Shown here piece after piece: positions 32,601 to 42,305 of a stretch of 64,000 nucleotides of DNA. The translations under genes and the position numbers were made by a program. The stretch comes from Promethearchaeota archaeon (lineage in GTDB: Archaea; Asgardarchaeota; Lokiarchaeia; Sigyniarchaeales; SOKP01): assembly GCA_019058445.1 (NCBI GenBank), contig JAHPZA010000003.1, positions 186,710 to 250,709 on the forward strand, given 5' to 3'. Under the pieces are notes generated by a model that was not told the DNA's origin, did no database searches, and worked only from the letters and a program-made list of their open reading frames with translations. Numbering within the stretch: the stretch's first letter is position 1; every line of letters starts with the position of its first letter.

Positions 32601-33095
32601 TTAAACCATCACAAGTTTTTCACCTAAAACATTCTTAACATCTTCAGCATGTCCTACAACGTTTACTTTTGGCCATATATGTACTATTTTTCCCTCGGGA
32701 TCAATAAGAAAAGTGCTTCGAATGACTCCTACAAATTCATTTTCCTTAATTGCAAATTTTCCCCAGACTCCATATTGATTCGATACTTTTTTCTCTTGGT
32801 CGCTTAGTAAAGTAACTTTTAAATTTTTCTTCTGTGCAAATTTAGCATGAGATTTAGGGCTATCTGGACTAATACCTATTACAGTTGCGTCTAACTTCTG
32901 AAATTCAGGTAAAATATTTGTGAAACCTATGGCTTCTGTTGTACATCCAGGAGTATTATCCATGGGATAGAAATACAATATTACGTGCTTTTTTCCTCTG
33001 AAATCCTTTAAACATACTGTTTTGTTTTCTTTATCAGGTAGACAAAATTCAGGGGCATCATCCCCTACTTTTAGATGTGTCTTATCTTCAGTCAT
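32601..33095 (-). CDS. bcp: Peroxiredoxin BCP/PrxQ
   Basis: FYPMDNTPGCTTEA, RSTFLID. Confidence 0.92.
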   Translation of the reverse strand: MTEDKTHLKVGDDAPEFCLPDKENKTVCLKDFRGKKHVILYFYPMDNTPGCTTEAIGFTNILPEFQKLDATVIGISPDSPKSHAKFAQKKNLKVTLLSDQEKKVSNQYGVWGKFAIKENEFVGVIRSTFLIDPEGKIVHIWPKVNVVGHAEDVKNVLGEKLVMV

Positions 33096-33367
33096 ATTAT
33101 ACTTTCACCTAAGTTGATAATTGTTGATAAACTAGTTAATTTGGATTGATTTATCTAAATAATATCTTTTTTCTCAAAATTTCAATATTAGCTTTATTAT
33201 CTATTAATTTTTACTCAATTTCATCTAGAAAAAAATAGATTTAGGAAAAGTTTTCTAATGAATTATAATGTGATTTATAATACCACTCGAATTTTCTTGT
33301 CTTTTTGAGTCTAAATATTTCTATAAGGTATAATTTTAGTGTAGTAGTAAAAATTTTCAAGATTACA

Positions 33368-33826
33368 CTATCTTTTTTCTAACTTTTGTTTAAGAACATT
33401 ATGACGGTGGCGAAATACACGCCTTAAAAACTTCCTAATCAGCTTTGAAGAATGTCGAGGTTTGAATGTTAATTGATCGGTAATCATTGTGCCTGTCTCA
33501 ACTTTTTCTATATCCCTCTGATGCCGCCAGAGTTCCATTGAAGTCATGGGGGATTGTTCTATAAATCCCTTGCCTTCTGTATATTCTATGAGTGTCATGT
33601 CGTCATGGCCAATTGGTAGAAACCCAAATAAATAAATATGGCTACGAAATAAAGGTTTTCCTAACTCAAATTTGACATCATTAATAGTCTTAATACCTTT
33701 AGGTGCAGTCATTTTGAAATACGGCATCATTTCTTTTTGTATTCCTTTTAGGGAGGTAATCCATTCCCAAACCTCCTCTATAGGAGCCGAAACAATTGTT
33801 TGAAACTTTAAATATATGGTATCCAT
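33368..33826 (-). CDS. SRPBCC/START-like protein
   Basis: APIEEVWEWI, WRHQR, ITDQLTF, FRHRH. Confidence 0.75.
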   Translation of the reverse strand: MDTIYLKFQTIVSAPIEEVWEWITSLKGIQKEMMPYFKMTAPKGIKTINDVKFELGKPLFRSHIYLFGFLPIGHDDMTLIEYTEGKGFIEQSPMTSMELWRHQRDIEKVETGTMITDQLTFKPRHSSKLIRKFLRRVFRHRHNVLKQKLEKR

Positions 33827-33990
33827 AGAAAGGACCTATTTTAATAAATAATTTACTTAAGAATTTATTTTTTTTCCTAATCTTCAGAGCTTTAAAGGTT
33901 AAATTATTTTGAAACCAACTAAATTTCATCTTGGAAAAAATTGAATCAGGAAACAGAACATAAATCGTTAAAATCTAAATAGGAAATCAA

Positions 33991-34875
33991 TTATATAAAC
34001 TCTATGGATATATCTGCATAAGAATCTTCTTTTTTGTCTGATATATGAATTTTTTCAATATTGCATTTAATTGGTACTCCTAGATCATTCGACATCTTTG
34101 TTTCAATCATTCCCGATATTAAATAAAAATGATAGAGAGAATCAGAATTATTTAAAAATTCTGAATTTTTAAATCTAAATATACCCTTCTTGCCTGAGCT
34201 GTCAATTTTTTGATCCGAAATATGGATTGGTTCAAAAATATAATAAGAGGGAAATACAGTTTTGAATACTTCAAAATGTAATTGTTTGAGGGGAGAGGTC
34301 TTAAAATCCTCCAATTTTTTTATTATATGTTTACTTATTGGAAATTTTACATCACCAAAAATATTGCGTCCGATTTCTTTGAATGTTTTTTCATTATTCG
34401 GAAATTTTATCTTTAAATCTTTAAGGAGAGCCTTATAGAAGGAAACCATAAATTTTTTTGGCACAAATTTCAGTTCTGAACTTTTAAATAGTGTATATGC
34501 TCCAAGTTTATTGCTAAAGATCTTATTCTGGTTTTCAAGAATTACAACATGCTTTCTCACCGAGTCTCTTGGAAACTTAAATTCATATGAAATATCTTTA
34601 ATAGTAACTCCTGATGGATTTTCAGTTATAAAATTTAATATTTTTGACCCAATATCCTTAATAAAATATAAACAGGCCTTACCTATCTCCTTTTTATACA
34701 CAATATCTTTTGATTCTAGTCTATTTAAGTATTTAGAAACTGTATTTCTATTACCATTTATCTCTTCTGAAATTTCTGTTATTGTCATTCCAAAATTATT
34801 TTGGTTAAGGCATTCCATAATTTTTTCATTATAGTCGTTAGAGCTCAATTTTGTAACCAATATCTTTAAATACAA
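33991..34875 (-). CDS. Double-wHTH regulator with C-terminal V4R/H-NOX-like domain
   Basis: GMTITEIS...RNTVSKYL and GVTIKDIS...RDSVRKHV; C-terminal SGMIE...CNIE. Confidence 0.75.
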   Translation of the reverse strand: MYLKILVTKLSSNDYNEKIMECLNQNNFGMTITEISEEINGNRNTVSKYLNRLESKDIVYKKEIGKACLYFIKDIGSKILNFITENPSGVTIKDISYEFKFPRDSVRKHVVILENQNKIFSNKLGAYTLFKSSELKFVPKKFMVSFYKALLKDLKIKFPNNEKTFKEIGRNIFGDVKFPISKHIIKKLEDFKTSPLKQLHFEVFKTVFPSYYIFEPIHISDQKIDSSGKKGIFRFKNSEFLNNSDSLYHFYLISGMIETKMSNDLGVPIKCNIEKIHISDKKEDSYADISIEFI

Positions 34876-34885
34876 ATCTATAATT

Positions 34886-34925
34886 AATATGCATTAATGC
34901 ATATTTATGTGCGACGATGCATATA
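34886..34925. promoter_or_regulatory. Tandem palindromic operators ATRTGC-N6-GCATAT
   Basis: Perfect 20-bp palindrome AATATGCATTAATGCATATT followed directly by TATGTGCGACGATGCATATA, between divergent genes. Confidence 0.65.
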
Positions 34926-34983
34926 TAAATTATTAATATAAATTAATTTAAAAACTATTGGAAAATTAAGAGAATGAGTTAAA

Positions 34984-36450
34984 ATGTCAATCAATTTTGA
35001 AAAACTATTTGAAATTATCGATAAAGAAAAAGTAATAACAGATTCAGATTTACTTAGAGAACTTTATTGTAAACCAATATTAGAAAAAACAAGTGATACT
35101 CCAATTATAAGTATTTTACCAGAGAATTCTGACCAGATATCAAAACTAATTCAATATTTCAGAACTTTAATTAATATTAATGTAGTGATTATAAGCAGCA
35201 CGACTTCCCCTAAATTCCTAAACGACACAGTCTGTCATGATAAAACTATAATTTTAGATTTACATGATATGAAACAAGTTCCTTTTATTAATAAAAGAAA
35301 TAGAGTTTGTGTTATAGAGCCAGGGGTAACATGGGCGGAACTAATTCCCAAACTTAAAGAGCATGGTCTTAGGCCATTAGCACCTTTTCTCCCGAGACCA
35401 GGAAAATCAGTTCTCGCTTCCGTTTTAGATCGAGAACCTCATTTAATTGCTAAAAAGCAATGGGATATTTCAGATCCATTGTTATGTATGGAGGTTGTAT
35501 TTGGTAATGGAGAAATATTCAGAACGGGAGAAGCGGCAGGTCCATTGGATATCGAAACAAATAGAAAATTTGGGGCTGCTCTAACTAGTCCCCTAGGCCC
35601 TGGTCAAACAGATATTTTTAGAATAATACAAGCTTCTAAAGGTACTTATGGTATTGTATCGTGGATTTCTATGCAATGTGATTTTATCCCTGCTAAAAGA
35701 AAAATCAGATTTATCAATTCAGATTCAATTAAACCACTCACCGAATTTATATACTCCGCAGTAAGAAAACGATGGATTGATGAAATTTTTATCATTAATG
35801 ATAACTTAATGAAAGCTATTTTTCCATCTATAAATGGAAATATTAAGAAATACATTTTGATATTTGCTATAAACGGCTATGAATTATTCCCTGATGATAA
35901 AATCTCTTACCAGATGGAATGTTGCAACGAAATTCTTAGTGAACTTGGCTTTGAAGCAAGTGATAATATCTCAGGGATAACCCAAAATGAGATCGAACCT
36001 CTTCTTGATGGCAATACAATTGATCCACATCCTAAGTTTTCCGAAACATCCATAGCAATAGATATATTTTATAATACAACCCTAGATCGAGTGCAAACTC
36101 ATCTTAATGCAGTCGAAAACATTCTTAACAAGCGTAGTTTTCCAATGGACCGGGTGAATATCTATATGCAACCCTTGATTCAAGCAAGAGCTGTAAATTT
36201 AGAATTTTCAATTATATCAGATAGACCTGATTCTAATAAAATTGAATATTCACTTGAAAAAGTTAGAGCAATAGCTAAGGAAATAGGTCAATTTGCGGAT
36301 TTACATGGGGGATTTTTCTCCCGTTCATATGAACTTATAAATGACTTAGCTTTTACAGATAAAAATCAAGTTTTTCAAGAGGGGCTGAGAAAATTGAAAA
36401 GAATTTTTGATCCTGACATGATTCTCAATAAAGGACAATTAATCTTTTAA
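34984..36450 (+). CDS. FAD-linked oxidase (VAO/GlcD family)
   Basis: VIEPGVTW, GEIFRTG, GTYGIV, C-terminal LKRIFDPDMILNKG. Confidence 0.85.
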   Translation: MSINFEKLFEIIDKEKVITDSDLLRELYCKPILEKTSDTPIISILPENSDQISKLIQYFRTLININVVIISSTTSPKFLNDTVCHDKTIILDLHDMKQVPFINKRNRVCVIEPGVTWAELIPKLKEHGLRPLAPFLPRPGKSVLASVLDREPHLIAKKQWDISDPLLCMEVVFGNGEIFRTGEAAGPLDIETNRKFGAALTSPLGPGQTDIFRIIQASKGTYGIVSWISMQCDFIPAKRKIRFINSDSIKPLTEFIYSAVRKRWIDEIFIINDNLMKAIFPSINGNIKKYILIFAINGYELFPDDKISYQMECCNEILSELGFEASDNISGITQNEIEPLLDGNTIDPHPKFSETSIAIDIFYNTTLDRVQTHLNAVENILNKRSFPMDRVNIYMQPLIQARAVNLEFSIISDRPDSNKIEYSLEKVRAIAKEIGQFADLHGGFFSRSYELINDLAFTDKNQVFQEGLRKLKRIFDPDMILNKGQLIF

Positions 36451-36460
36451 TCATTTAAAG

Positions 36461-37804
36461 GTGATAAAAATGGAAGAAAGCAAAAAATTATTAGATAAAC
36501 ATACCGATGAATATTGGAGATGTGCCCGCTGTAGTTTATGTAAATGGCCTCCATTGGCTCAAATAAAATCTGCCGAATTTTCTTCGGTATGCTGCTCTAT
36601 GGATTATGGCCTTTTTCACCCTTGGTCTGGAGGTGGAAAAATTGTAATTGGAGCATCTCTGCATTATGATAGATTAGCAATTACTGAGACTATGAGGGAT
36701 GCTGTATTACAATGCACTCTATGTGGGGCATGTGATACATCCTGCAAATACTCTACGGACCTAGAAGTTCTTGATACCATTTTCGATGTAAGAAGATATA
36801 TAGTTGAGAGGATTGGTCCTCATCCTTCTCATAGAAAATACGCAGATGCTGCTGAGAAATACAATAATCCTTACGGCGAACCCCATGAGAATCGACAAGA
36901 TTGGATCGGCAAGACGGGCGCCAAATCAAATCCAAATTCAAAAACATTATTTTTTACGGGATGTACCGCTTCATATCGGCAGCAAGATATGGCCCAAGCT
37001 AGTGTGGAAATACTAAATGCTATTGATTATGAGTTCCAGGTCTCTAAAGACGAAATTTGCTGCGGTTCTCCAATTTATAGATCTGGTCAAGTAGAAACTT
37101 CTAAAAAATACATGCAATCTAATATCGAGTTGTTCAATAGATTAGGAGTCGAAGAAGTAATAACTGCGTGTCCTGGATGTTATGCCATGTTTGTAGCAGA
37201 ATATCCCCATCAATTAGATGAAGACCACATTAAGTTGTGGAAAAAAATCAAATTCCGTCATATGGTTGAAATAATTGAAGAAGCTATTCGGAAAAAGAAG
37301 ATCCTATTTGATGAAACGGAGAAAAAACCGATAATAACCTATCATGATCCATGTCATTTAGGAAGAGGTGCCGAACCATATGTTTCTGAATGGAAGGGAA
37401 CTAAAAAGAAAGTGTACAATCAAATTACTATATATGATCCGCCGAAAATTTATAGACGAGGAGCTAAAGGTGTTTATGATGTTCCAAGAGAGATATTTAA
37501 AAGAATGAAAAAAGCAATAGAGTTCGTTGAAATGTTTCGAATTAATGAGTATACTTACTGTTGCGGCTCAGGAGGCGGTGTGAAAGCGGCATATCCAGAA
37601 ATGGCAATACTTACGGCAAAAAATCGTCTTGAAGAGGCGGAATTTGTTCTAAAAAAAGCTTCAAAAGAAAGAGATACTGAGAAATTTATAGTTAGTGCCT
37701 GTCCATTTTGTAAAACTAATTTTGAAGATGCAATCTCAGACATGGGGAAAGATCTTCAATATAGAGATATCAATCAATTAGTATTGGAGTTGATGAAAAA
37801 ATGA
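36461..37804 (+). CDS. Fe-S oxidoreductase (GlpC/GlcF/HdrD-like)
   Basis: CARCSLC, CTLCGACDTSC, CCG domains (ICCGSP, YHDPCHL, CCGSGGG, ACPFC). Confidence 0.88.
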   Translation: MIKMEESKKLLDKHTDEYWRCARCSLCKWPPLAQIKSAEFSSVCCSMDYGLFHPWSGGGKIVIGASLHYDRLAITETMRDAVLQCTLCGACDTSCKYSTDLEVLDTIFDVRRYIVERIGPHPSHRKYADAAEKYNNPYGEPHENRQDWIGKTGAKSNPNSKTLFFTGCTASYRQQDMAQASVEILNAIDYEFQVSKDEICCGSPIYRSGQVETSKKYMQSNIELFNRLGVEEVITACPGCYAMFVAEYPHQLDEDHIKLWKKIKFRHMVEIIEEAIRKKKILFDETEKKPIITYHDPCHLGRGAEPYVSEWKGTKKKVYNQITIYDPPKIYRRGAKGVYDVPREIFKRMKKAIEFVEMFRINEYTYCCGSGGGVKAAYPEMAILTAKNRLEEAEFVLKKASKERDTEKFIVSACPFCKTNFEDAISDMGKDLQYRDINQLVLELMKK

Positions 37805-39441
37805 GTAGAATAGATAGAAATGAAGTTTTAATCGCAATGCAAAGTATTGTAGGTAATAAATTTGCTAATTCTGATGACTACTTATTAGACAACTATGCAT
37901 ATCAATATCTTGCAGATCTTGCGACTGAGGGAAAATCTAAATTTACGAATCGTCCGATATGCGTTGTTTTACCTTCTACTACAGACGAAATCGTGAAAAT
38001 TGTAAAATACTGCAACGAAAATGGGTTGCAATTTAAAGCACAAAGTACTGGTTGGGGAGCTCATAATTGTGCCGGACAGGAGAACAAGGTGATAATATTA
38101 GACTGTCGAAGAATGAATAAAATTTTAGATGTAGATACAAAAAATATGATTGCAGTGGTTGAACCTTACGTAATTAGCGGTCAGCTTCAAACGGAACTTT
38201 TTAAATTAGGTTTAAACTGTCACATTGCTGGATGTGGTGCGAATGGATCCCAATTAGTTACGGTCACAAGTATGTGTGGGCAAGGTTGGACCGGAATTTC
38301 AACAGGATTTTCTAATAGAAATATTGTCGGAGCAGAATGGGTCATGCCCGAAGGCACTGTGTGCAGGATAGGTTCTTGGGGTTCCTTTGAGGGCGCTGAG
38401 GATTCTAAAAAAGAAATTGACGCCTCTGAATGGTTTCTTGCTGACGGTCCAGGACCAAGCATACGAGGAGTATATAGAGGTTATTTTGGAGCATTTGGAG
38501 GTATGGGTGTTTTTACAAAGGCGGCCATAAAAATTTATGATTGGCCGGGGCCAAAAATACTGGAAATTCAAGGTCGCTCTCCAAATTACGGCTTAGTTAA
38601 AAATAAGATGCCAGATAATTGCGACACTTATCACATTATTTGGGACGATTGGGAGGATTTCAAGGATGCAGGATACTTATTAGCCTATTCAGAAATATGT
38701 TGGGCTCTCTGTAGAATACAAGGTTTCGATCTAGCCTTGGCCGCTGCTCCAAATAATACTGCAATGTATACAGAAAAGATTTTTCAAGATTTAGCTCATA
38801 GAGGAGGCCACGAATTGATGGTCATTATTGTGGCTGATAATGAAAAAGAATTTGAATACCGGCAAAAAGTGTTGAATCATATAGTCGAAAAAACAAATGG
38901 CGAATATAATCCCATTACACAGCTTAAGCCGATGAAAGCATTAGCTTTTATGGCAATAGTAAGGCAATGCAATACAACGAGAGGAGTATTTAGAGCAGGC
39001 GGAGGTTTTCATACATCTTTAGGCGCTCTGGGAAGCTGGGATTGGTGCGTTGAAGGCGCTAAAATCGGAGAGAGATTAAAACAAAAAGAGATTGATTTTG
39101 GGGGGTTAGTTGATGATGGAGCAGATAATGTTTGGGGGAATCCTTACGAAGGGGGAACATTTTCTCATTTAGAAGAATTATTTATGTACGATATTACAGA
39201 TAAAACCTCTCGTAAAGCTGCGATTCATTACCTTAATTCGGTAATAGAGGCAAATAAGATACGCCCTCTCGGAATTGGTTTGGGCATAGGGGATATGGAA
39301 GGAAGCGTACACCAATGTGATATATTTGGGCCGATTACAAATAATTACCACACATGGATGAAAGCAATCAAATATGAATTTGATCCAAATAATGCTTCAG
39401 ATCCAGGAAATTATACTGATGGGAAAAAATTTGAAGGATAA
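37801..39441 (+). CDS. FAD-linked oxidase (VAO/GlcD family)
   Basis: VVLPSTTDEI, STGWG, VVEPYV, GMGVFTK, IKYEFDPNN. Confidence 0.82.
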   Translation: MSRIDRNEVLIAMQSIVGNKFANSDDYLLDNYAYQYLADLATEGKSKFTNRPICVVLPSTTDEIVKIVKYCNENGLQFKAQSTGWGAHNCAGQENKVIILDCRRMNKILDVDTKNMIAVVEPYVISGQLQTELFKLGLNCHIAGCGANGSQLVTVTSMCGQGWTGISTGFSNRNIVGAEWVMPEGTVCRIGSWGSFEGAEDSKKEIDASEWFLADGPGPSIRGVYRGYFGAFGGMGVFTKAAIKIYDWPGPKILEIQGRSPNYGLVKNKMPDNCDTYHIIWDDWEDFKDAGYLLAYSEICWALCRIQGFDLALAAAPNNTAMYTEKIFQDLAHRGGHELMVIIVADNEKEFEYRQKVLNHIVEKTNGEYNPITQLKPMKALAFMAIVRQCNTTRGVFRAGGGFHTSLGALGSWDWCVEGAKIGERLKQKEIDFGGLVDDGADNVWGNPYEGGTFSHLEELFMYDITDKTSRKAAIHYLNSVIEANKIRPLGIGLGIGDMEGSVHQCDIFGPITNNYHTWMKAIKYEFDPNNASDPGNYTDGKKFEG

Positions 39442-39626
39442 TTTTTTCAAAAATTCTGTATAATAAAATAAATCAAGATTATTGAATTATGTAATTTATT
39501 AAATATTGAAACCTTTTTTTTCTAATCTGGTTTATCAATCTATTTTGAGAAATTAATTAAAAAAAGTTTATATTGGAATTCTTTATTTTACAATATAATT
39601 AGAATTAACAGAAAATGAATTAAATA

Positions 39627-40988
39627 ATGGTTTACAAATATTCTGTAAGTATTTTAGGAACTGGTTTCATTGGACTTTGTTCCGCTGCGTGTTTTGCGAG
39701 TAAAGATATTAAAGTGCTTGCTTCGACGCACAACGAAAAAAAGGCAAAAAGGATCAATGATGGAAAAGCTCCTTTTTATGAAGCAGATTTACAAGAAATG
39801 ATGAATGAGATTAAAGCAAAGAAACCTGAACTTTTGCAATGTTTACTTGATCCTGTAAAAGCTGTTTCGGAAACAGACATCTCTATGATTACTCAAGGTA
39901 CCCCGATGCGGGAGGATAAGAGTATAAATTTGGGTTTTATTGAAAGTACCGCAAAAGAAATAGGGGAAGCATTGAAAACTAAGAATAAATATCATTTGGT
40001 TGTGGTAAGATCAACTGTAGTTCCCGGAACTACTAGGAATATGGTTGCAAAATTAATTAAAGACGTTTCTGGAAAAGAACCGGGGAGAGACTATGGATTA
40101 TGTATGCAACCTGAATTTTTGGCTGAAGGCAGGAGCATTGAAGATACCTTGAGGCCTGACAGAATTGTTATTGGAGAGTTTGATGAAAAAAGTGGTGCTA
40201 TGCTTCAAGAGTTTTATGAATATTTTTATGGGGATCATTTAAAAAATTGCCCGATATTACGAATGAATTTAGAAAGCGCAGAACTAGTGAAGTATGGAAA
40301 CAACTGCCTCCTCTCCACCAAAATTAGTTATGCTAATGAATTCGCCAATTTCGCTGAATTAGTACCTAATGTTGATGTTGCCCAGGTTATGAAAGGAGTA
40401 GGATTAGATTATAGAATTAGTCATAGATTTTTAGGAGCAGGCGTCGGTTTTGGGGGTTCGTGCTTTCATAAAGATGTAAATGCTATAAAAGCATGGTCAA
40501 AATCTAAAGGCTATATCTCACGGTTATTAGAAGCGGTATTGGGTATAAACGATGATCAAGCGATACACATCGTCGATATCGCAGAAAATTTAGCTGGAAA
40601 ATTAGCAGGTAGAAAAGTGACTATCCTTGGACTTGCATTCAAACCTGGAACTGATGATATGAGGGAAGCGGCAAGTATTAGAACCATAAACGAGTTAATA
40701 CGAAGAGGTGTAATAGATATTGTAGGATTTGATCCGAAAGCAAATGAAACGGCAAAAATTGAATTGGGAGAGAAGATAAAATATGCCAATTCAATTGAAG
40801 AAGCTCTAAAAGATTCTGAATGTGCGTTTTTAATTACTGAATGGGATGAATTTAAAAATCTCAAACCAGAGAACTTTAAAAAAGCTATGAAAACTCCAAA
40901 TGTTATTGATGGTAGGAGAATTTTTGATTTTGAGGAATTTAATAAGGCTCTGCCATTCAGAGCGCTCGGACGAGTTGCTTTGAAATAA
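39627..40988 (+). CDS. ugd: UDP-glucose/GDP-mannose 6-dehydrogenase
   Basis: GTGFIG, RSTVVPGT, PEFLAEG, GFGGSCFHKD, FKPGTDDMRE. Confidence 0.93.
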   Translation: MVYKYSVSILGTGFIGLCSAACFASKDIKVLASTHNEKKAKRINDGKAPFYEADLQEMMNEIKAKKPELLQCLLDPVKAVSETDISMITQGTPMREDKSINLGFIESTAKEIGEALKTKNKYHLVVVRSTVVPGTTRNMVAKLIKDVSGKEPGRDYGLCMQPEFLAEGRSIEDTLRPDRIVIGEFDEKSGAMLQEFYEYFYGDHLKNCPILRMNLESAELVKYGNNCLLSTKISYANEFANFAELVPNVDVAQVMKGVGLDYRISHRFLGAGVGFGGSCFHKDVNAIKAWSKSKGYISRLLEAVLGINDDQAIHIVDIAENLAGKLAGRKVTILGLAFKPGTDDMREAASIRTINELIRRGVIDIVGFDPKANETAKIELGEKIKYANSIEEALKDSECAFLITEWDEFKNLKPENFKKAMKTPNVIDGRRIFDFEEFNKALPFRALGRVALK

Positions 40989-41092
40989 TGAAAACTTTTA
41001 AAAAATTATTTATTTTTCTCATTCTTACTTTATGGTAAGTGTTAATATCCTAAAATAAATTATTAATTCAAATTTTAATTCTAATACATATT

Positions 41093-41434
41093 ATGATTAG
41101 GAAGAACTATAAGGATGTTACTGAAGAAGTTGTAACCAAAGCACAGTCAACTAATACCACCATTCGTTGGCTTATAACTAAAGATGATGGTCCAACCAGA
41201 TTTGCAACAAGAAGGTTTGAAATTAAACCGGGAGGGCAAGTTGGACTACATGGGCACCCAGAAGACCATCATGTATTTGTACTTAATGGAACTGCTCAAT
41301 TCTTCGATGCTCAGAATAATAAGATTGAAGTGAATGAAGGAGATGTTGTGTATATCCCACCAAATGAATCTCATGCAATAATCAATAATGGCAGTGAATC
41401 TTTCATCTTTATATGCGTAATTCCATATTTATGA
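41093..41434 (+). CDS. Cupin domain protein
   Basis: HGHPEDH...GDVVYIPPNESH. Confidence 0.9.
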   Translation: MIRKNYKDVTEEVVTKAQSTNTTIRWLITKDDGPTRFATRRFEIKPGGQVGLHGHPEDHHVFVLNGTAQFFDAQNNKIEVNEGDVVYIPPNESHAIINNGSESFIFICVIPYL

Positions 41435-41461
41435 AGTATTAAAAGAATAAATAAAAAAAAT

Positions 41462-42304
41462 CTATTTTACACTCAATAAATCTTTAATTTTTTCAAGTCT
41501 TTTTTCTCGTGATAAACTTTCAAGAGTAGGATTAAAATTACCATAAAGTTCTTTATGATAAACAGGCTTGGCTTTCCTATAGATAACTCCTATTGGTAAT
41601 TTATCTCTTCTTTTTGCAACTTTCATCGCTTCTACATATGTTTTCGGCTCATCCTTAAGTATTTCCGTATTATTTTTATAAAACTCCCATGTATTGCGAT
41701 AAGCAACAGCGGGTTGCAATATCTCGATAAAAGAAAACCCCTCGTGTTCAACTGCTTGGACAATCAGATCTATAAAGTGGTCTGCTTTAGCTGGAAAAGC
41801 TCTTGCTAAAAAAGTTGCTCCAGCTTCTAATAATAAAGACAAGGGATTGAAAGGCTCTTCAATGCTGCCCTTTGGTGTCGATGGTCCTTTCCACCCTTTT
41901 TCGCTTAAAGGAGTGAATTGTCCTGTTGTTAAAGCATATACACCATTATTATGCATTAAAATGGTAATATCTGCATTTCTTTTAGCCGCAAATAATGTGT
42001 GAGCCAGACCCTCTCCCATACAATTCCCATCCCCCGAAAAGGTTACTACCTTTAATTTAGGATTCGCAATTTTGATCCCTTGAATTGTAGCCATATCACG
42101 GCCATGTAAAGAGTAAAACCCACTAAGATTAAGATAATCGAACATTTTACCATGACAACCAATACCCGATGCAATAATAATTTTATCACGTGAAATCCCT
42201 TTTTCCTCTAATTTAATCACTGCTTTTTTGAAAGCACTCAAAATACCAAAATTTCCGCATCCCGGGCACCATGTTTTTTCCGCATATGTTCCTAATTCCT
42301 CCAA
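41462..42304 (-). CDS. korB: 2-oxoacid:ferredoxin oxidoreductase beta subunit
   Basis: WCPGCGN, GIGC, TPP motif GDGN...NNGVYALTTGQ. Start moved to TTG 42304, which follows an AGGAGGTG SD and the korA stop. Confidence 0.92.
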   Translation of the reverse strand: MEELGTYAEKTWCPGCGNFGILSAFKKAVIKLEEKGISRDKIIIASGIGCHGKMFDYLNLSGFYSLHGRDMATIQGIKIANPKLKVVTFSGDGNCMGEGLAHTLFAAKRNADITILMHNNGVYALTTGQFTPLSEKGWKGPSTPKGSIEEPFNPLSLLLEAGATFLARAFPAKADHFIDLIVQAVEHEGFSFIEILQPAVAYRNTWEFYKNNTEILKDEPKTYVEAMKVAKRRDKLPIGVIYRKAKPVYHKELYGNFNPTLESLSREKRLEKIKDLLSVK

Positions 42305-42305
42305 T

